This document shows positions 32,580 through 45,951 of a stretch of 64,000 bases of DNA, one piece after another; position 1 is the first letter of the stretch; each line of letters begins with the position of its first letter. The position numbers were made by a program, and so were the translations under genes. This stretch comes from Macrostomum lignano (Eukaryota). The stretch lies in NCBI GenBank assembly GCA_002269645.1, contig NIVC01002412.1, positions 1 through 64,000 on the forward strand, given 5' to 3'. The notes beneath the pieces are model-generated. The model had not been told where the DNA came from and did no database searches. It was given only the letters and a program-made list of their open reading frames with translations.

Positions 32580-35500
32580 CTTAGACTGATCAAGTGTTGA
32601 TGTCGGTCTCTTGGACTGGTCAAGTGTTGATGTCGGTCTCTTGGACTGGTCAAGTGTTGATGTCGGTCTCTTGGACTGGTCAAGTGTTGATGTCGGTCTC
32701 TTGGACTGGTCAAGTGTTGATGTCGGTCTCTTGGACTGGTCAAGTGTTGATGTCGGTCTCTTGGACTGATCAAGTGTTGATGTCGGTCTCTTGGACTGAT
32801 CAAGTGTTGATGTGAATCTCTGGGACTGATCAAGTTTTGATGTCGGTCTCTTGGACTGATCAAGTGTTGATGTCGGTCTCTTGGACTGATCAAGTGTTGA
32901 TGTCGGTCTCTTGGACTGATCAAGTGTTGATGTCGGTCTCTTGGACTGATCAAGTGTTGATGTGAATCTCTTGGACTGATCAAGTGTTGATGTCGGTCAC
33001 TTGGACTGATCAAGTGTTGATGTGAATCTCTGGGACTGATCAAGTGTTGATGTCGGTCTCTTGGACTGATCAAGTGTTGATGTGAATCTCTGGGACTGAT
33101 CAAGTGTTGATGTGAATCTCTGGGACTGATCAAGTGTTGATGTCGGTCTCTTGGACTGATCAAGTGTTGATGTGAATATCTGGTACTGATCAAGTGTTGA
33201 TGTCGGTCTCTTGGACTGATCAAGTGTTGATGTGAATCTCTGGGACTGATCAAGTGTTGATGTGAATCTCTGGGACTGATCAAGTGTTGATGTCGGTCTC
33301 TTGGACTGATCAAGTGTTGATGTGAATCTCTGGGACTGATCAAGTGTTGATGTCGGTCTCTTGGACTGATCAAGTGTTGATGTCGGTCTCTTGGACTGAT
33401 CAAGTGTTGATGTGAATATCTGGGACTGATCAAGTGTTGATGTCGGTCTCTTGGACTGATCAAGTGTTGATGTCGGTCTCTTGGACTGATCAAGTGTTGA
33501 TGTCGGTCTCTTGGACTGATCAAGTGTTGATGTGAATCTCTTGGACTGATCAAGTGTTGATGTCGGTCACTTGGACTGATCAAGTGTTGATGTGAATCTC
33601 TGGACTGATCTGATCAAGTGTTGATGTGAATCTCTGGGACTGATCAAGTGTTGATGTCGGTCTCTTGGACTGATCAAGTGTTGATGTGAATCTCTGGACT
33701 GATCAAGTGTTGATGTCGGTCTCTTGGACTGATCAAGTGTTGATGTGAATCTCTTGGACTGATCAAGTGTTGATGTCGGTCACTTGGACTGATCAAGTGT
33801 TGATGTGAATCTCTGGACTGATCAAGTGTTGATGTGAATCTCTGGACTGATCAAGTGTTGATGTCGGTCTCTTGGACTGATCAAGTGTTGATGTGAATCT
33901 CTTGGACTGATCAAGTGTTGATGTCGGTCTCTTGGACTGATCAAGTGTTGATGTGAATCTCTTGGACTGATCAAGTGTTGATGTCGGTCACTTGGACTGA
34001 TCAAGTGTTGATGTGAATCTCTGGACTGATCAAGTGTTGATGTGAATCTCTGGGACTGATCAAGTGTTGATGTCGGTCTCTTGGACTGATCAAGTGTTGA
34101 TGTGAATCTCTGGGACTGATCAAGTGTTGATGTCGGTCTCTTGGACTGATCAAGTGTTGATGTCGGTCTCTTGGACTGATCAAGTGTTGATGTGAATCTC
34201 TGGGACTGATCAAGTGTTGATGTGGGTCTCTTGGACTGATCAAGTGTTGATGTGAATCTCTGGGACTGATCAAGTGTTGATGTCGGTCTCTTGGACTGAT
34301 CAAGTGTTGATGTGAATCTCTGGACTGATCAAGTGTTGATGTCGGTCTCTTGGACTGATCAAGTGTTGATGTGAATCTCTTGGACTGATCAAGTGTTGAT
34401 GTCGGTCACTTGGACTGATCAAGTGTTGATGTGAATCTCTGGGACTGATCAAGTGTTGATGTGAATCTCTGGACTGATCAAGTGTTGATGTCGGTCTCTT
34501 GGACTGATCAAGTGTTGATGTGAATCTCTTGGACTGATCAAGTGTTGATGTCGGTCACTTGGACTGATCAAGTGTTGATGTGAATCTCTGGGACTGATCA
34601 AGTGTTGATGTGAATCTCTGGGACTGATCAAGTGTTGATGTCGGTCTCTTGGACTGATCAAGTGTTGATGTGAATCTCTGGGACTGATCAAGTGTTGATG
34701 TCGGTCTCTTGGACTGATCAAGTGTTGATGTCGGTCTCTTGGACTGATCAAGTGTTGATGTGAATCTCTGGGACTGATCAAGTGTTGATGTGGGTCTCTT
34801 GGACTGATCAAGTGTTGATGTCGGTCTCTTGGACTGATCAAGTGTTGATGTGAATCTCTGGGACTGATCAAGTGTTGATGTGAATCTCTGGGACTGATCA
34901 AGTGTTGATGTCGGTCTCTTGGACTGATCAAGTGTTGATGTGAATCTCTTGGACTGATCAAGTGTTGATGTCGGTCACTTGGACTGATCAAGTGTTGATG
35001 TGAATCTCTGGGACTGATCAAGTGTTGATGTGAATCTCTGGGACTGATCAAGTGTTGATGTCGGTCTCTTGGACTGATCAAGTGTTGATGTGAATCTCTG
35101 GACTGATCAAGTGTTGATGTCGGTCTCTTGGACTGATCAAGTGTTGATGTCGGTCTCTTGGACTGATCAAGTGTTGATGTGGGTCTCTTGGACTGATCAA
35201 GTGTTGATGTCGGTCTCTTGGACTGATCAAGTGTTGATGTGAATCTCTTGGACTGATCAAGTGTTGATGTCGGTCTCTTGGACTGATCAAGTGTTGATGT
35301 GAATCTCTGGGACTGATCAAGTGTTGATGTGAATCTCTGGGACTGATCAAGTGTTGATGTCGGTCTCTTGGACTGATCAAGTGTTGATGTGAATCTCTGG
35401 GACTGATCAAGTGTTGATGTCGGTCTCTTGGACTGATCAAGTGTTGATGTCGGTCTCTTGGACTGATCAAGTGTTGATGTGAATATCTGGGACTGATCAA

Positions 35501-36050
35501 GTGTTGATGTGGGTCTCTTGGACTGATCAAGTGTTGATGTCGGTCTCTTGGACTGATCAAGTGTTGATGTGAATCTCTGGGACTGATCAAGTGTTGATGT
35601 CGGTCTCTTGGACTGATCAAGTGTTGATGTCGGTCTCTTGGACTGATAAGTGTTGATGTGAATCTCTTGGACTGATCAAGTGTTGATGTCGGTCTCTTGG
35701 ACTGATCAAGTGTTGATGTCGGTCTCTTGGACTGATCAAGTGCTGATGTCGGTCTCTTGGACTGATCAAGTGTTGATGTCGGTCTCTTGGACTGATCAAG
35801 TGTTGATGTGAATCTCTGGGACTGATCAAGTGTTGATGTCGGTCTCTTGGACTGATCAAGTGTTGATGTCGGTCTCTTGGACTGATCAAGTGTTGATGTG
35901 AATATCTGGGACTGATCAAGTGTTGATGTCGGTCTCTTGGACTGATCAAGTGTTGATGTGGGTCTCTTGGACTGATCAAGTGTTGATTTCGGTCTCTTGG
36001 ACTGATCAAGTGTTGATGTGGGTCTCTTGGACTGATCAAGTGTAGGTGTC
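32580..36050. repeat. ~3.5 kb 30-bp minisatellite TTGGACTGATCAAGTGTTGATGT(CGGTCTC/GAATCTC)
   Basis: Direct repetition with two main unit variants and occasional 29-bp units; no unique spacers. Confidence 0.97.
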
Positions 36051-36538
36051 AGCCTCTTGGATTGGTTAAATGTTAATGACATTCTTGTTGATGACATGCT
36101 GCTCAGGATCAGAAGTTCTCTCATCGTGCCTCAGACGGATGACGACCCGAAAGTTGTCGTTTACAGCCACAACCACAATGGGCGAGGTGCGAGGGTTTCC
36201 GCGGGATTTGCAGTGAGGTCATCTTTCGTGTTGTTATCTTCAAATAAGTAGCTTAAAGCGACAATGGAGAGTTTTTGCAAGCCAAATTTCTCCCCACAAA
36301 AAATCAGCTTTGTTTTACGATTTCACATTTAAATCTATAAGGACTGTCGTTTCTGTTCACCGATATTAATGAACTGCTAATTGAAAAACTATGGTGAATA
36401 TCATAGGGGAAGTAATCACATACATAGAAAGGGCTGCACAGGCTGCTTTTTTACAATAAAATATCGATAAATGTTTAATGCTTAATGTTTAAAAGAAACA
36501 AGCACAGTTAGTAACTTGATGGAGAAACAGTAATTTAC

Positions 36539-36778
36539 CTGCTCAGATTCTTCAAAAGTCTGTGTGCCTTCCAATTCAGAAATGTTAGCATCCAAAACAA
36601 AGAAGAAGCGATTAACAAACTGAAAATCTGCCCACTCTGAATTGCTTAGGCTAAGGAGTCGCTGTTTCTGTTTGGTAACAATGGCCTCAATGTCAGGTAG
36701 CTGTTTGGAGAAGTCCTCCATAAAGGAGGGCAGAAAAAATGGCCTCTTGATCAAAGACAGTTGTTGGCACATGTGTAT
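36539..36778 (-). CDS. Unassigned 240-nt symmetric (phase 0-0) exon-like segment
   Basis: Pyrimidine-rich CAG acceptor, GTAAAT donor and 80 open codons (IHMCQQLSLIKRPFFLPSFMEDFSKQLPD...). No family recognised. Confidence 0.4.
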
Positions 36779-37077
36779 CTGAAAAGAGAGCATTCAGACA
36801 ACCTTATACCTTACAATGAAACAAAAAGAAAAAAGAAAACTTGTTCTAGAAAAAGCAAAAAAGGAGGTACACTTGTAACAAATCTTCAACTATTTTAGTA
36901 CAATTCTATTAAATTTTGAATTTTGAAGATTATCCTTAATGGCCCTGTGAACTTTTATAGCTATACTTTTTTCAGCAAGACTACCACCACAATTCCTTAT
37001 AAGGCTAGATATATAAGGTTTTAAAATTGACCAAATTTTGCTACCATAAGCTTGCTCATTGTGAAATTATTGACTTA

Positions 37078-38040
37078 CTTCGGGTGTGTCAAAAGTTATG
37101 TCACTGATGTGAAAACAGACGAACTTGCAATCGCAGATGAACAAAACTGTACCACTCAACAATATAGAGTCCCCCAATATCAATCACTCTCTGGCAATGC
37201 TCATACAGCTTGTCCACCTCAGCCTGCAGGTGTTTTTAATCCAACAGCCATAACCAGTGCAACGCGGCCTGTTTGACCTCTTCATGATTTGCGAAACTCT
37301 TCTTGGAAAAGTCAGCCTTTAGCCATTTGAACAGAAATCTGTCCGGGTTGAGGTCCAGGCTGTAGGGACTCTGTCAGAGCAGATTCACTCGCCGTGCAGG
37401 TAGAAAATCCGAAACAGGCTTACAGGTGTGCGACCGTGCGGTGTCCACCTGCCACAGAACCTCGTCCAGGAGACATGGATTTGACCGAAGAGTGCGCCAA
37501 AGGACCCCAGTGTGCCGGGCAAAAGTGGATAAAAACTACTGACAATCGAACTTGACGTTTGACCCTTGATGAGACATCTTTGTTTGGCGTAAAGGCCACC
37601 AGCAGCATGGTCTTCTTGTCCGAGACGGACCTTGTGGTCACGGTCGGCAGCAGACCCCAGCTCCCAGCCAGCAGCGGTTGTCTGCCTTGCTGCCCTTGCC
37701 ATCCAGGTAGAGCCAGCTTTCATCCTCAGCAACCAGGCAGTTTAGGATGTCATTCAAGCCACGGCTGCTGAACACCTTGCGGATCTGCTAGGTGCAGGCG
37801 TCTTGTCAAGATTCATGGTTATTTTTGTTTGCTGCATAGACGAGTTTTCATCGCGTTGCACTTGCTAAATCTGCTTGGCGTATTCTTGCGATAGCTTGGG
37901 CCATAAACAACCTATGCACGTCTCAAATGCACTGCTATTGCTTCACTAAGTATACTTTGCAGCTACACTACCCACAAGTCCATGTGCCTACATATTTTAG
38001 ACAGAGGCCTGCAGTGACATTACTTATGACACACCCGAAG
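37078..38040 (-). mobile_element. Decayed mariner-like element
   Basis: 29-bp TIRs (27/29) CTTCGGGTGTGTCAAAAGTTATGTCACTG with TA on both sides. Broken motifs VAEDESWLY, WQVDTARSH and PYSLDLN..RFLFKWLK. Confidence 0.88.
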
Positions 38041-38555
38041 TACAACTTGACAATTATTTTTTTAAGTATTCTCTATTTAAATATAAAGTCTCAACTCTAA
38101 CTGAATTAGGATAGAAACTATAAGCATGGGAAGTTTGTCTGCTTTTTTCTAGTATTGAGCTATACTTAAATAGATTCTAAAGGATCTGCATTGCAATAAC
38201 TAGCTACTGTAATTGGGTTGGTGGTATTATCCTAGTACTTTTTAAAGAATTTAAACTTAGGGTCAGGTAACTTTTTTACCTTAAGAGCCAGAATATAGTT
38301 CCTATTTATGGGTCATGTGAGAAAAAAGAAAATAGTGAAAAAATAGATAAAAAAATAAAATAAATAAATAAATAAATAATAAATAAAAGAAAAAGGAAAG
38401 TAAAGAATAAAAAATAGAAAGAAGAAACAAAAGAGGAACAAAGAAAAAAGAAAATAAACGAAAGAGAAATAAGATAAATAAAAGAGGAAAGTAAAGAGAA
38501 CAAAAGAAAAGAAATTGAATTTGCCAAAAATATTAGTCTATTTTGCCAAAATGTT

Positions 38556-39716
38556 GGCAATTTTCCTCTTTCGTTTGTTAAATTAATTTTTCATTTGAAC
38601 ATGAATAGTACTAACTTAAAATGACAAAAAATGATAACAGTATATTGTGGAAACCTTTGTAGCATTTAGAAAAGCATGAAATTTAAATTGCGCCAAGGTG
38701 TGTAAGAAAGTGAAATAACAACTGTCTTTTAGCAACTGTCTGGTTAAAACTTTGGGGATATCACTAGAAAACTAGAAGGGGGGTACGAAGAAAATAATTT
38801 ACAAGTCCTCTTAAGTTTTTAGTCAGCTACTGCTCAAAAACATACAATTATATTCAATGACATGGCTGGTCGCCCTGCAGCACCTACATTTATAGTACCC
38901 CCTAGGCAAGTGTGTCCCACACTGGAGCTGTGCAACATTAATTTCACATGCACTAAGTGGTCCTGGTAGAGATATAGAGATAGACAAATCCTATTTCTTT
39001 CACCGAAAGTACTACCAAGGTGCCCACCAGCCTGGACAGTGGGTACTAGGCATGGTTGAACGTGCTGCTAGGAAGTGTGTGATGATTGCTATTCCTAACC
39101 GCACCACTGCAATGCTGCTACCTTTGATTCAACATCATGTTCTCCCTGATACACATGTGATTACTGATGGATGGCAAGTGTATGCCCAGCTCCAGAATCA
39201 TGCTGTTGTCAACTACCAGCTCTTATTTGTCAATCCTCAAGACCCAACTGTGCACACAAACCTCATTGAGAAGACATGGGCGCACTAAAGGTGAAGTTCT
39301 GAGCTATGCATGGTACAAACCAGGCCTTCTTTGAGTCATATCTCGAGGAATTCATGTGGCAGAAGATGCACCCACAGATCATCTTTGGCAACATACTCTT
39401 TTGGATTGCCCACTATTACCCTTTATAAATTGGATTGCCCACTATTACCCCTTATACTTGTAAACCAAACTTCAAAGTTTTGACTTTTGAACTTCATCAT
39501 GTTTTCTAGTGATATCCTACAGTTTTAACCAGACAATTGCTAAAAGACAATTGTTGCTTCACTTTCTTATACACCTTGGTGCAATTTCAATTTCATGCTT
39601 TTTTAAATGCTAGAAAGGTTTCCACGATATACTATTATCATTTTGTGTTGTTTTAAGTTAGTACTGTTTGTGTTCAAATGAAAATTTAATTTAACAAATG
39701 AAAAAGAAAAATTGCC
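38556..39716 (+). mobile_element. Merlin (ISXO2/IS1016-like) transposon remnant with ~195 bp TIRs
   Basis: GG...CC termini and 8-bp TSD AAAATGTT/AAAATGTC. Motifs IEIDKS, WVLGMVER, VITDGWQVY and HTNLIEKTW, followed by a stop or frameshift. Confidence 0.88.
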
Positions 39717-40442
39717 AAAATGTCTTATAGAATATGTCTATGGCATAATTTCATGAAACATTGTAAAAACTAGCCTATGTTAACTATAAATGAATTTTAT
39801 AATATAATAAAATATAGCCTGTTTAAAAACTTAAAAACTAGAGTTATTCTTAAAAAAACATAATATAGGCCTAGACTATAGAGGCCTAAGGCATTCAAAA
39901 AATTAACCTTTACACAAAATTATGAAATCCAATAGACCCTTATATTTTTTCTAGGGCCTATATTTTTCATAGAGAACTTGCTAGTATTGTAGCTTAACCT
40001 AAATTAGAAGGTTTAAAAGTAGAGGCCTAAGCCTAGGCCCCTAGTCTAAAAGTTACAAAGCATTAATATATATTCATTCAATATTCTAGTTAAGTCAGTG
40101 TTCCCACTCAGCAACCTTCATTTTTTGCACCAAGCTGTTCATTTTTGCACCATTATCACTCTACCTCTAAGGCTCTAATGCAGTATGATGCCTATTGAGA
40201 TATTTAAAAAACTCAAATACCTAACATCCAAGGACCTCAAACATAATATAATTTATCTAATTTTGGATGAGATAAAGCACTACTTGGCAAAAGATAGGTA
40301 AAAAAATAGCTACAACAACATGGGTATCAGACTAATTTCTTTAAATCAATACTGCAATTAAAAAACATGATAGTTTCTTAAAAAAGAATCCAAAAGCACA
40401 GAAAGGGTTAAAATTTTGATGCAAATTCTCTATATTTTCAGA

Positions 40443-42139
40443 GGGAGTACGAGATCTGCTAGCAGGAAATCTGCTAGCCAAAGTTTGCTAGCGAGAAATT
40501 TGCTTGCCGAAATCTGCTAGCCGAAGTTTGCTAGCCGAAATGTGCTAGCCAAAATGTGCTAGCCGAAGTTTGCTAGCCGAAATGTGCTAGCCGAAATCTG
40601 CTAGCCGAAGTTTGCTAGCCGAAATGTGCTAGCCAAAATGTGCTAGCCGAAGTTTGCTAGCCGAAATGTGCTAGCCGAAATCTGCTAGCCGAAGTTTGCT
40701 AGCCGAAATGTGCTAGCCGAAATCTGCTAGCCGAAGTTTGCTAGCCAAAATGTGCTAGCCAAAATGTGCTAGCCGAAGTTTGCTAGCCGAAATGTGCTAG
40801 CCGAAATGTGCTAGCCGAAGTTTGCTAGCCGAAATGTGCTAGCCGAAGTTTGCTAGCCAAAATCTGCTAGCCAAAATCTGCTAGCCAAAATCTGCTAGCC
40901 AAAGTTTGCTAGCAGGAATTTTGCTAGCAAGGATTTTGCTAGCCGAAATCTGCTAGCAGGAATTTTGCTAGCTGCCTTGCTCTTGTAGCTGTTGCATGTT
41001 ATTTGCTGTGTTTTGATTCCGATTTGAGCTGCTTTGATTTGTACAAATAAATATATAACTTATATACCATATACTGCCACTACCAGCCATTAAGACTGAA
41101 AGTTGTGCATATAGATAAGTTTAAATTTAACTACCTGAACTACAGCTGCCTGAGCTACTTGAACTATGGCCTTACAGCTGATAATTCTTAAACATTATCA
41201 AATGTCTATGAGTAAAAAAGAACAAAAAATTATAAATGATTTTGACGATTTCCAAGTGCAGTTTTAGCATATACAACTTTAGCATACAGTAACACACATG
41301 TTGGTATACAGTATCTATAGGCTATAGCTAGATACATGTATGTCCAAGGTACAATTTACTATAGCTATATGTATTGTTAATGTATAGATATTTTCCATCG
41401 CTTACGGCACTGTGTCCAAGCAAAAACTTGTGGCCCACAAGCTCTTACCCTATGATCATGGATGTAATATATTTACTTTATTCAATAGTGTTAGCTCGGA
41501 GTCGATTATTGAATCACTTTCACTTGACAATCAAGCTACATGCTCTCGCGGCTTACTTTGCCTTCTTTCGTTCTTTTTTATTTATTCTTCAGCACTGCCT
41601 TTGCTCATTACAACTCTATGGGTTTGGCCAAAGACAGCATACTGACGCACACACAAGCCGATACTAACAATATATTATATATTGCAATTTGAAGATCACT
41701 GCTAATAAGCACGATAAAGAGAGTCATTAGAGCAAAAAACGCAAATTTATTTGTCCTGCATGATAAGTCCTGCAAAGTTTCTTGCAAAATTGGACAAGAA
41801 AAAATGTTTCTAGCAAATTACAACTTTGTAAATTGCTGTTCACCGGTTTTAGTTAGATTATCGCTAGCAGATTTTGGCTAGCAAAATCCTCGCTAGCAAA
41901 ATTCCTGCTAGCAAACTTCGGCTAGCAGATTTTGGCTAGCAGATTTCGGCTAGCAAACTTTGGCTAGCAGATTTTGGCTAGCACATTTTGGCTAGCAAAC
42001 TTTGGCTAGCACATTTCAGCTAGCAAACTTTGGCTAGCACATTTCGGCTAGCAAACTTTGGCTAGCAGATTTCGGCAAGCAAATTTCTTGCTAGCAAACT
42101 TTGGCTAGCAGATTTCCTGCTAGCAAATTTCATAGACCC
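40443..42139. mobile_element. Foldback/MULE-like non-autonomous element whose TIRs are arrays of a 14-bp repeat (CTAGCCGAAATGTG)
   Basis: 9-bp TSD ATTTTCAGA at 40434-42 and 42140-48. Inverted 14-bp arrays at ~40455-40970 and ~41860-42130. Confidence 0.88.
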
Positions 42140-44398
42140 ATTTTCAGATTCATGCCAAACCTTATTAATTGCGCATTTGCACCATATTGCCTCATTTTTG
42201 GGCATGATGCAAATTTGCGCTAGAGTAGAAACATTGAGCTAAGTTGTTTAGTTTTTTTAGAGGAAGAATTTCTAAGATGCAAATTCTCTATATTTTCAGA
42301 TTTGTGCCAAACCTTTTTAATTGCGCATTTGCGCCATAGCCCATATTGCCTCATTTGATCATTTTTGGGCATGGTGCAAATTTGCACTAGAGTAGAAACA
42401 TTGACTCTTGAGCTAAGTTGTTTAGTTTTTTTATAGGAAAAATTTCTAAGTTCCCAACCCAAGGCTAATATTCTATAGCTTAGGCCTATAAATAAATTAC
42501 TAATATAATAATAGGCCTAGGGCCCTAGCCTAGGTAGGCCATAATCCCAAGTATGTACAATATATGCAATAATTTTTTGCTTTGCACTAATTGGATCAAA
42601 TTCACCAAGTGTGCACCACAGGGTATGATATTGGACTGCAGAAGGCAGCTACAGAGGCTCCATGTCTGATTCCATGAAAAAGTATTTAATGAAGTATTCC
42701 ATTTTTTAACAAGGCAACAGATAAAACTTATAGGGGCCTAGGCCTAGCTATCCAAAGGCAGATATATAAATCACAAAGATTAGGCCTAAGGCCTATATTC
42801 ACCAATGGCTATAGTATATTAATAAAAGATTAGGCCTATAACCTTTTTATTTAAATTTTAAAAAGAATTATGACATAGGCCTAAACCAATTTAAAAAACA
42901 ACTTTTTGCTTTTAAAATAATAATAATAGGTCTAGTATATACACTACACTAAAGTATATTATTAGTAGGCCTATATGAATACAATAAGACGATAATTTTT
43001 TGACTTTTTGACTTTTTTATAATTATTTTTTATCTGCAAGCAGATGAAAAGCCTCAGAATTCTAACATATTTATTAAACTGTCAACGTCCTTTTCTTAAA
43101 GAGAAACTTTCCAAAGAGCATATTCCAGCAATAGTTTACTTGAATTAACTACAGTCTTTACTTCATTAGGCTTATACAGTACATAAATATATGTTCCGAG
43201 AGTTGATAATTATCGTTTTCTAAACGCACGCCTGACGTCCGTCGTCTTATACTCTGGCTTGATTATGTCAATCCAATTATTGGGTATGCGTCATAATTGA
43301 AGTAATGTAAAACTTCATTATTATTTTACCCGTAACTTTTAAACAAATTAACTGCAGTTTTTTACTTTTGAATAAAACTAACGAATTTCTTATATTTTTT
43401 TTCAATGTTGTTTGTTAAGGTTTTTAACTTACTGTACAAAGTCAAAAACTGTAATTCTACGAATCTGACGGTTTCTCTCAGTGCTCAAATTAGGTTAGGG
43501 CCTAGGGACTCTCAGTCCTGAGTCTCCAGCGTGATTTTTAAAGTTAAATTATATATTTTTTATCTATTAGAAGTTATTGACATAAGCGTTTTGATATCTT
43601 ATTAGTAAAATTTGGTAAAGTAATACAAAGTTATAGCCTTTTATAGTGTCTCGATTTTTTTTGGTTCGTCAGGTTACCGGTAATGTATTTTTCATAGATA
43701 ACGCTCTGTGATCATTTTGCGCTAATAACCCATTTTTTAATATGAAAAGCTACAAACCGAATTTTTTACATAACAAAAACAGTTTCCCGTCCTTCTACTT
43801 AAGCCATCCTCTGTAGGTTTATACGAAATGCAGATTTGAATAAAGAATTAGTAGAATGATGAAATAAAAAGGAAATATATTAGAAAAAAATAGTCCGGAC
43901 TCCTTTTGTTGAGAAAAACTATAAATGTAGGCCTATAATTGCAATTGGTTTTTTGGCATGATGAGGGTAGTATGCCATTGTTTTTATATAAAATGCTTAT
44001 TAAAAAATTATAATGTGACTATCCTTTTAAATTGCAAAAATTATAGCCCACTTTGAATTGAAGTTTGAATTTTAACAAAATTTCTACTCTACTTTTTTAA
44101 TAAGGTTGTTTTATTCTTCCTCAATTAGAAAACAACTTAACTTTAACTATAACTTTAAAATAAGACATTTTGCCAAATTTGCCTGTATTGTATTGTTGCC
44201 AAATTTGCTTTTGCTAAATTTGTCCATAATGAATCTCTTTTGCCAAATTTGTTTGTTCCCAAATTTGTATGCATCCCTTTTAGATGGCATCAACCTTGGA
44301 ATTGAGTGGCTGAATTCTATTGATGGTCATAGTTGACCAAGGAAGGTCATTTCCTTTTGTATAAAGATGCACAACACAAGTACTAAGTTATCTTTAGT

Positions 44399-45021
44399 CC
44401 ATAGTCAGGAAGGTGGCAGTTTGGTCGGAAAATTCCGGCGCACACAAGCCCTTTTTGGGCACACAACGGCGCACAACGGCGCACAGCGGCGCGCCACAAC
44501 AGCGCACAGCGGCGCACTGGCGCACAGCGGCGCACAACGGCGCACACCAGAGGACACCGGCGTTACCCTTGTGGCGATCCCATGTAACGATGTAAGTCGT
44601 TACTTGTTACAGTACACTATTCACTGTTCTATCTAATGTAACTTTGCATTCTACCAAAAAATAAAAAATAAAATAAAATATTTTCCTTTTCCTTTTTTAC
44701 CTTTGTTTTTGCCATTTGCTTACTTTTTATGTTTGTTTTGTTTTAAAAATTAGAAATTAAATTAAAAATTTTTTAAATTTCTATTTTCGGTTTAACGATC
44801 TCAATTTCTCATAATATAATATAGATAGCCCGTAACCGTCCCGTATATTGGCGCACAAAAATTGTTGCTATGTTGTAAAAAAGGTCTTTTATTGTCGCAA
44901 GGCAGGTAGTGGCGGGCGCACAATGGCGCACACGAGGGTTTTTGTGTCGGCGCACGGCGCACAATTTTGGGAGAGGCCAAAATTTGTTCCGGCGCACACT
45001 CTGCCACCTTCCTGACTATGG
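44399..45021. mobile_element. 623-bp MITE (hAT- or P-like) with 21-bp perfect TIRs
   Basis: TIR CCATAGTCAGGAAGGTGGCAG. TCTTTAGT is duplicated at 44391-98 and 45022-29. Internal GGCGCACA subterminal repeats. Confidence 0.93.
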
Positions 45022-45589
45022 TCTTTAGTCTATGTTATTAAAATAGTCAGATGGTTTTCTTCTGTCTTAAGTTATATTTAAATATTTACCAACAAAAATA
45101 GTAAAAGCAAGTCTAAAAAAGCTTGTTACCAAATTGACTACTAGTGTTACCAAAATGTCCCAAGTTGATATCAAAGTTGTTGTCATCAAAATGTCTTGTC
45201 ATTGAATTGACCTGAGACTAATAAGAAGGTTGTCCACATAGGTGATAACATAGTTAAGACCACAGAGGATAGTATCGATTAATTTCTGGGATGTCTGACC
45301 TCTGTTCTATAGGCTAAAAGGCATAATATCCATTTGTACAGTTCAAACAATGTAATGATTATAGTCTAGGATGTTTTCCTTAGCAAATGAGATTTGTTGG
45401 TATACATTGATAAGATAAGGCTTAGAAAACACTTTGGCACTATGAAGATAGTGCCAGGTAAAGCACTGGATATGTGGCACTAGATGATGATCAGTTGTGG
45501 GTGATCTTCAAGCTCTGTAGGTAAGCTCCTGGTAGTGACTCTTCCTCTTCCTCTCCCTGCCTTTTATCCATTTCCCAGCCTCTCAAGCT

Positions 45590-45950
45590 GCTATAGCACC
45601 CTCTCGAACATCCTCTCAAACATCCTCTCAAACACCCTCCCGAAAATTCTCTCGAACACCCTCGCGAAAATCCCCTCGAACACCCTCCCAAACTCCCTCT
45701 CAAACACCCTTCCGAACATCCTCTCGAACATCTTCTTGAACATCCTCTCGAACACCCTCCCAAAAATCCTCTCAAACACCCTCCCGAACATCTTCTCAAA
45801 CACCCTCCCAAACATCCTCTCGAACACCCTCCCAAACATCCTCTCAAACACCCTCTCAAAAATCCTCTCAAACACCCTCCCGAAAAGAAAATCCTCTTAA
45901 ACACCCTCCCGAACATCCTCTCGAACACCCTCCCGAACACCATCCAGCAG
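45590..45950. repeat. 12-bp minisatellite (C/T)CCTC(C/T)CGAACA
   Basis: Direct inspection. Confidence 0.9.
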
Positions 45951-45951
45951 A

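Noticed and set aside
32580-36050. CRISPR-like 30-bp repeats
   Set aside because: Head-to-tail units without unique spacers, no cas genes, eukaryotic context. The same applies to the 22-, 23-, 31- and 34-bp arrays.
38306-38560. Hydrophobic Phe/Leu-rich ORF
   Set aside because: Reverse translation of an A-rich low-complexity tract.
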